64,000 bases of DNA, from the IMG/VR virus record IMGVR_UViG_3300033121_001571; one strand, given 5' to 3'. The notes beneath the pieces were generated by a model. The model was not told the DNA's origin. It saw only the letters and a program-made list of their open reading frames with translations, and made no database searches. The stretch comes from a virus. Lineage: Duplodnaviria > Caudoviricetes. A program made the translations under genes and the position numbers. Every line of letters begins with the position of its first letter. Positions within the stretch are counted from its first letter, which is position 1. Of the stretch, positions 62,946-64,000 are shown in pieces.

Positions 62946-63415
62946 ACGCCTGGAGCACCACCACCTGCAGACGCGCCTGATCTCTCTGCGTCTGGTGCAG
63001 GAAAGTCCTCGTCAGCAATATCTAACGAAGACTTCGATATTGCAAATCCTTGCTTTTTCATCTCATCTTCAAACAGTTTAATGACTTCTTGACTGTATAC
63101 TTTCTTTAAGAAGTTTTTTGCACGTCTCATCACGACGTTTTTGAATTCAATTAAGTTTTCAAAGTTCTCTACAAGTCTGACTACGTCAGTAGCAAACGAT
63201 TCAACGTTTATGTCCTCTTGAGTTTTTTTCTCAACACCTACATCATCTTCTTCTTTCACAGAAGAAGTAGAAGAATCAGACTCAAATTGAGTCAACTTTG
63301 CATCAATTTGAGAGTCTACAGAATCACCCTCTTCTTGAGGCATTTCATCTGTATTTTCTTCCTCTAGAAGCATATTCTCAATCAGACGTTTTAGCGCTTT
63401 TACTTTGATTTTCAC
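62942..63415 (-). CDS. acidic protein with MKIxxxxLKRLIE leader (possible prohead/core protein)
   Basis: MKIKVKALKRLIENMLLEEE. Confidence 0.75.
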   Translation of the reverse strand: MKIKVKALKRLIENMLLEEENTDEMPQEEGDSVDSQIDAKLTQFESDSSTSSVKEEDDVGVEKKTQEDINVESFATDVVRLVENFENLIEFKNVVMRRAKNFLKKVYSQEVIKLFEDEMKKQGFAISKSSLDIADEDFPAPDAERSGASAGGGAPGV

Positions 63416-63999
63416 TTGAAAACCTCCATAAGAGCCTTTGCTTTATTGACTCTTTCTTCAACGATCTCCCAGTTAATTTGCTTTAACATAGCTACGATAT
63501 AACTCTTTTTATCAGAACCGTAGTCTCTGGCGTACGCATGCTCATGCATATCAACAACTAACACTGGGTAAAAACCAACTTGAACGTCTTGACTATGATT
63601 GCTTATAGTTGCGTTGACGAACTTCTTCAAAAAGATGTTAAATCCGCAGACAGCCCAGCCGTTTCCACAAGCCATAGCACAAGCTATGAACTCGCTCTGC
63701 CAGTCTTCAAACGTTCCCCACTCTCTTTCTAACATGATATAGCTAGAAGAATCCATGTAGATATCAGAGTGTGGATCAAAGCAGTTTGCAAAGTAAAGTT
63801 CGTGCAACCAAACAGCATTCAAGTTGAACGTTTCATCTAACTTCAAAGAACGAAACTTATCATGCCTAGAATTCGTGTTAACTTTATCGGCAGTGTCTAG
63901 TTCTGCAGACACTGAATTTAAAGAATCAATGTAATCAGCATACAATTGAATGTGTGCCTGCTTTGTTTTCTCAGACACAAATTCACTGACTTGTTTGAA
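63412..63999 (-). CDS. Fe/Mn superoxide dismutase-like protein (frame open to window edge)
   Basis: AHIQLY, WLHELYF, GWA, DMHEHAY..DYG..K..Y..INW. Confidence 0.8.
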   Translation of the reverse strand, partial: FKQVSEFVSEKTKQAHIQLYADYIDSLNSVSAELDTADKVNTNSRHDKFRSLKLDETFNLNAVWLHELYFANCFDPHSDIYMDSSSYIMLEREWGTFEDWQSEFIACAMACGNGWAVCGFNIFLKKFVNATISNHSQDVQVGFYPVLVVDMHEHAYARDYGSDKKSYIVAMLKQINWEIVEERVNKAKALMEVFK

Positions 64000-64000
64000 T

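Overview
This window looks like a 64-kb piece of a large (jumbo-type) dsDNA phage genome. The host is probably a high-GC bacterium, and a Cys-rich lipoprotein plus a captured GC-rich gene fragment point to Myxococcota (inference). Left arm (1-13.5 kb): short early genes, many apparently leaderless, under a recurrent GTG(C/T/A)A(A/C)-N17-TANNNT promoter. It also holds tRNA-Lys(UUU), a RadA-like ATPase, a MoxR-like AAA ATPase and two candidate structured ncRNAs. Centre (13.6-37 kb): a co-directional, tightly packed array of about 68 short genes. About 60 share an N-terminal [LIV]x[P/x]G[D/x]hh motif and a beta-rich SH3/KOW-like pattern, with conserved ends and highly divergent middles. The array shows footprints of duplication, deletion and a hairpin insertion, and is interrupted by a 93-bp-periodic repeat region that may be an origin. 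Right arm (37-64 kb, mostly minus strand): PRTase, AT-hook protein, GroEL, AAA ATPase, trypsin-like and matrixin-like proteases, MBD4-like and pyrimidine-dimer glycosylases, two Nudix enzymes, Rnl2-like ligase, 5'-3' exonuclease, GapR/DsbA-like protein, cytidylyltransferase, a second ligase-fold protein, PCD-like protein, nitrilase and SOD-like protein. Several of these genes follow a second, late-type ATANTTA motif. The paralog array is the strongest candidate for an undescribed system. All family calls come from motif recognition by eye; no database search was run.
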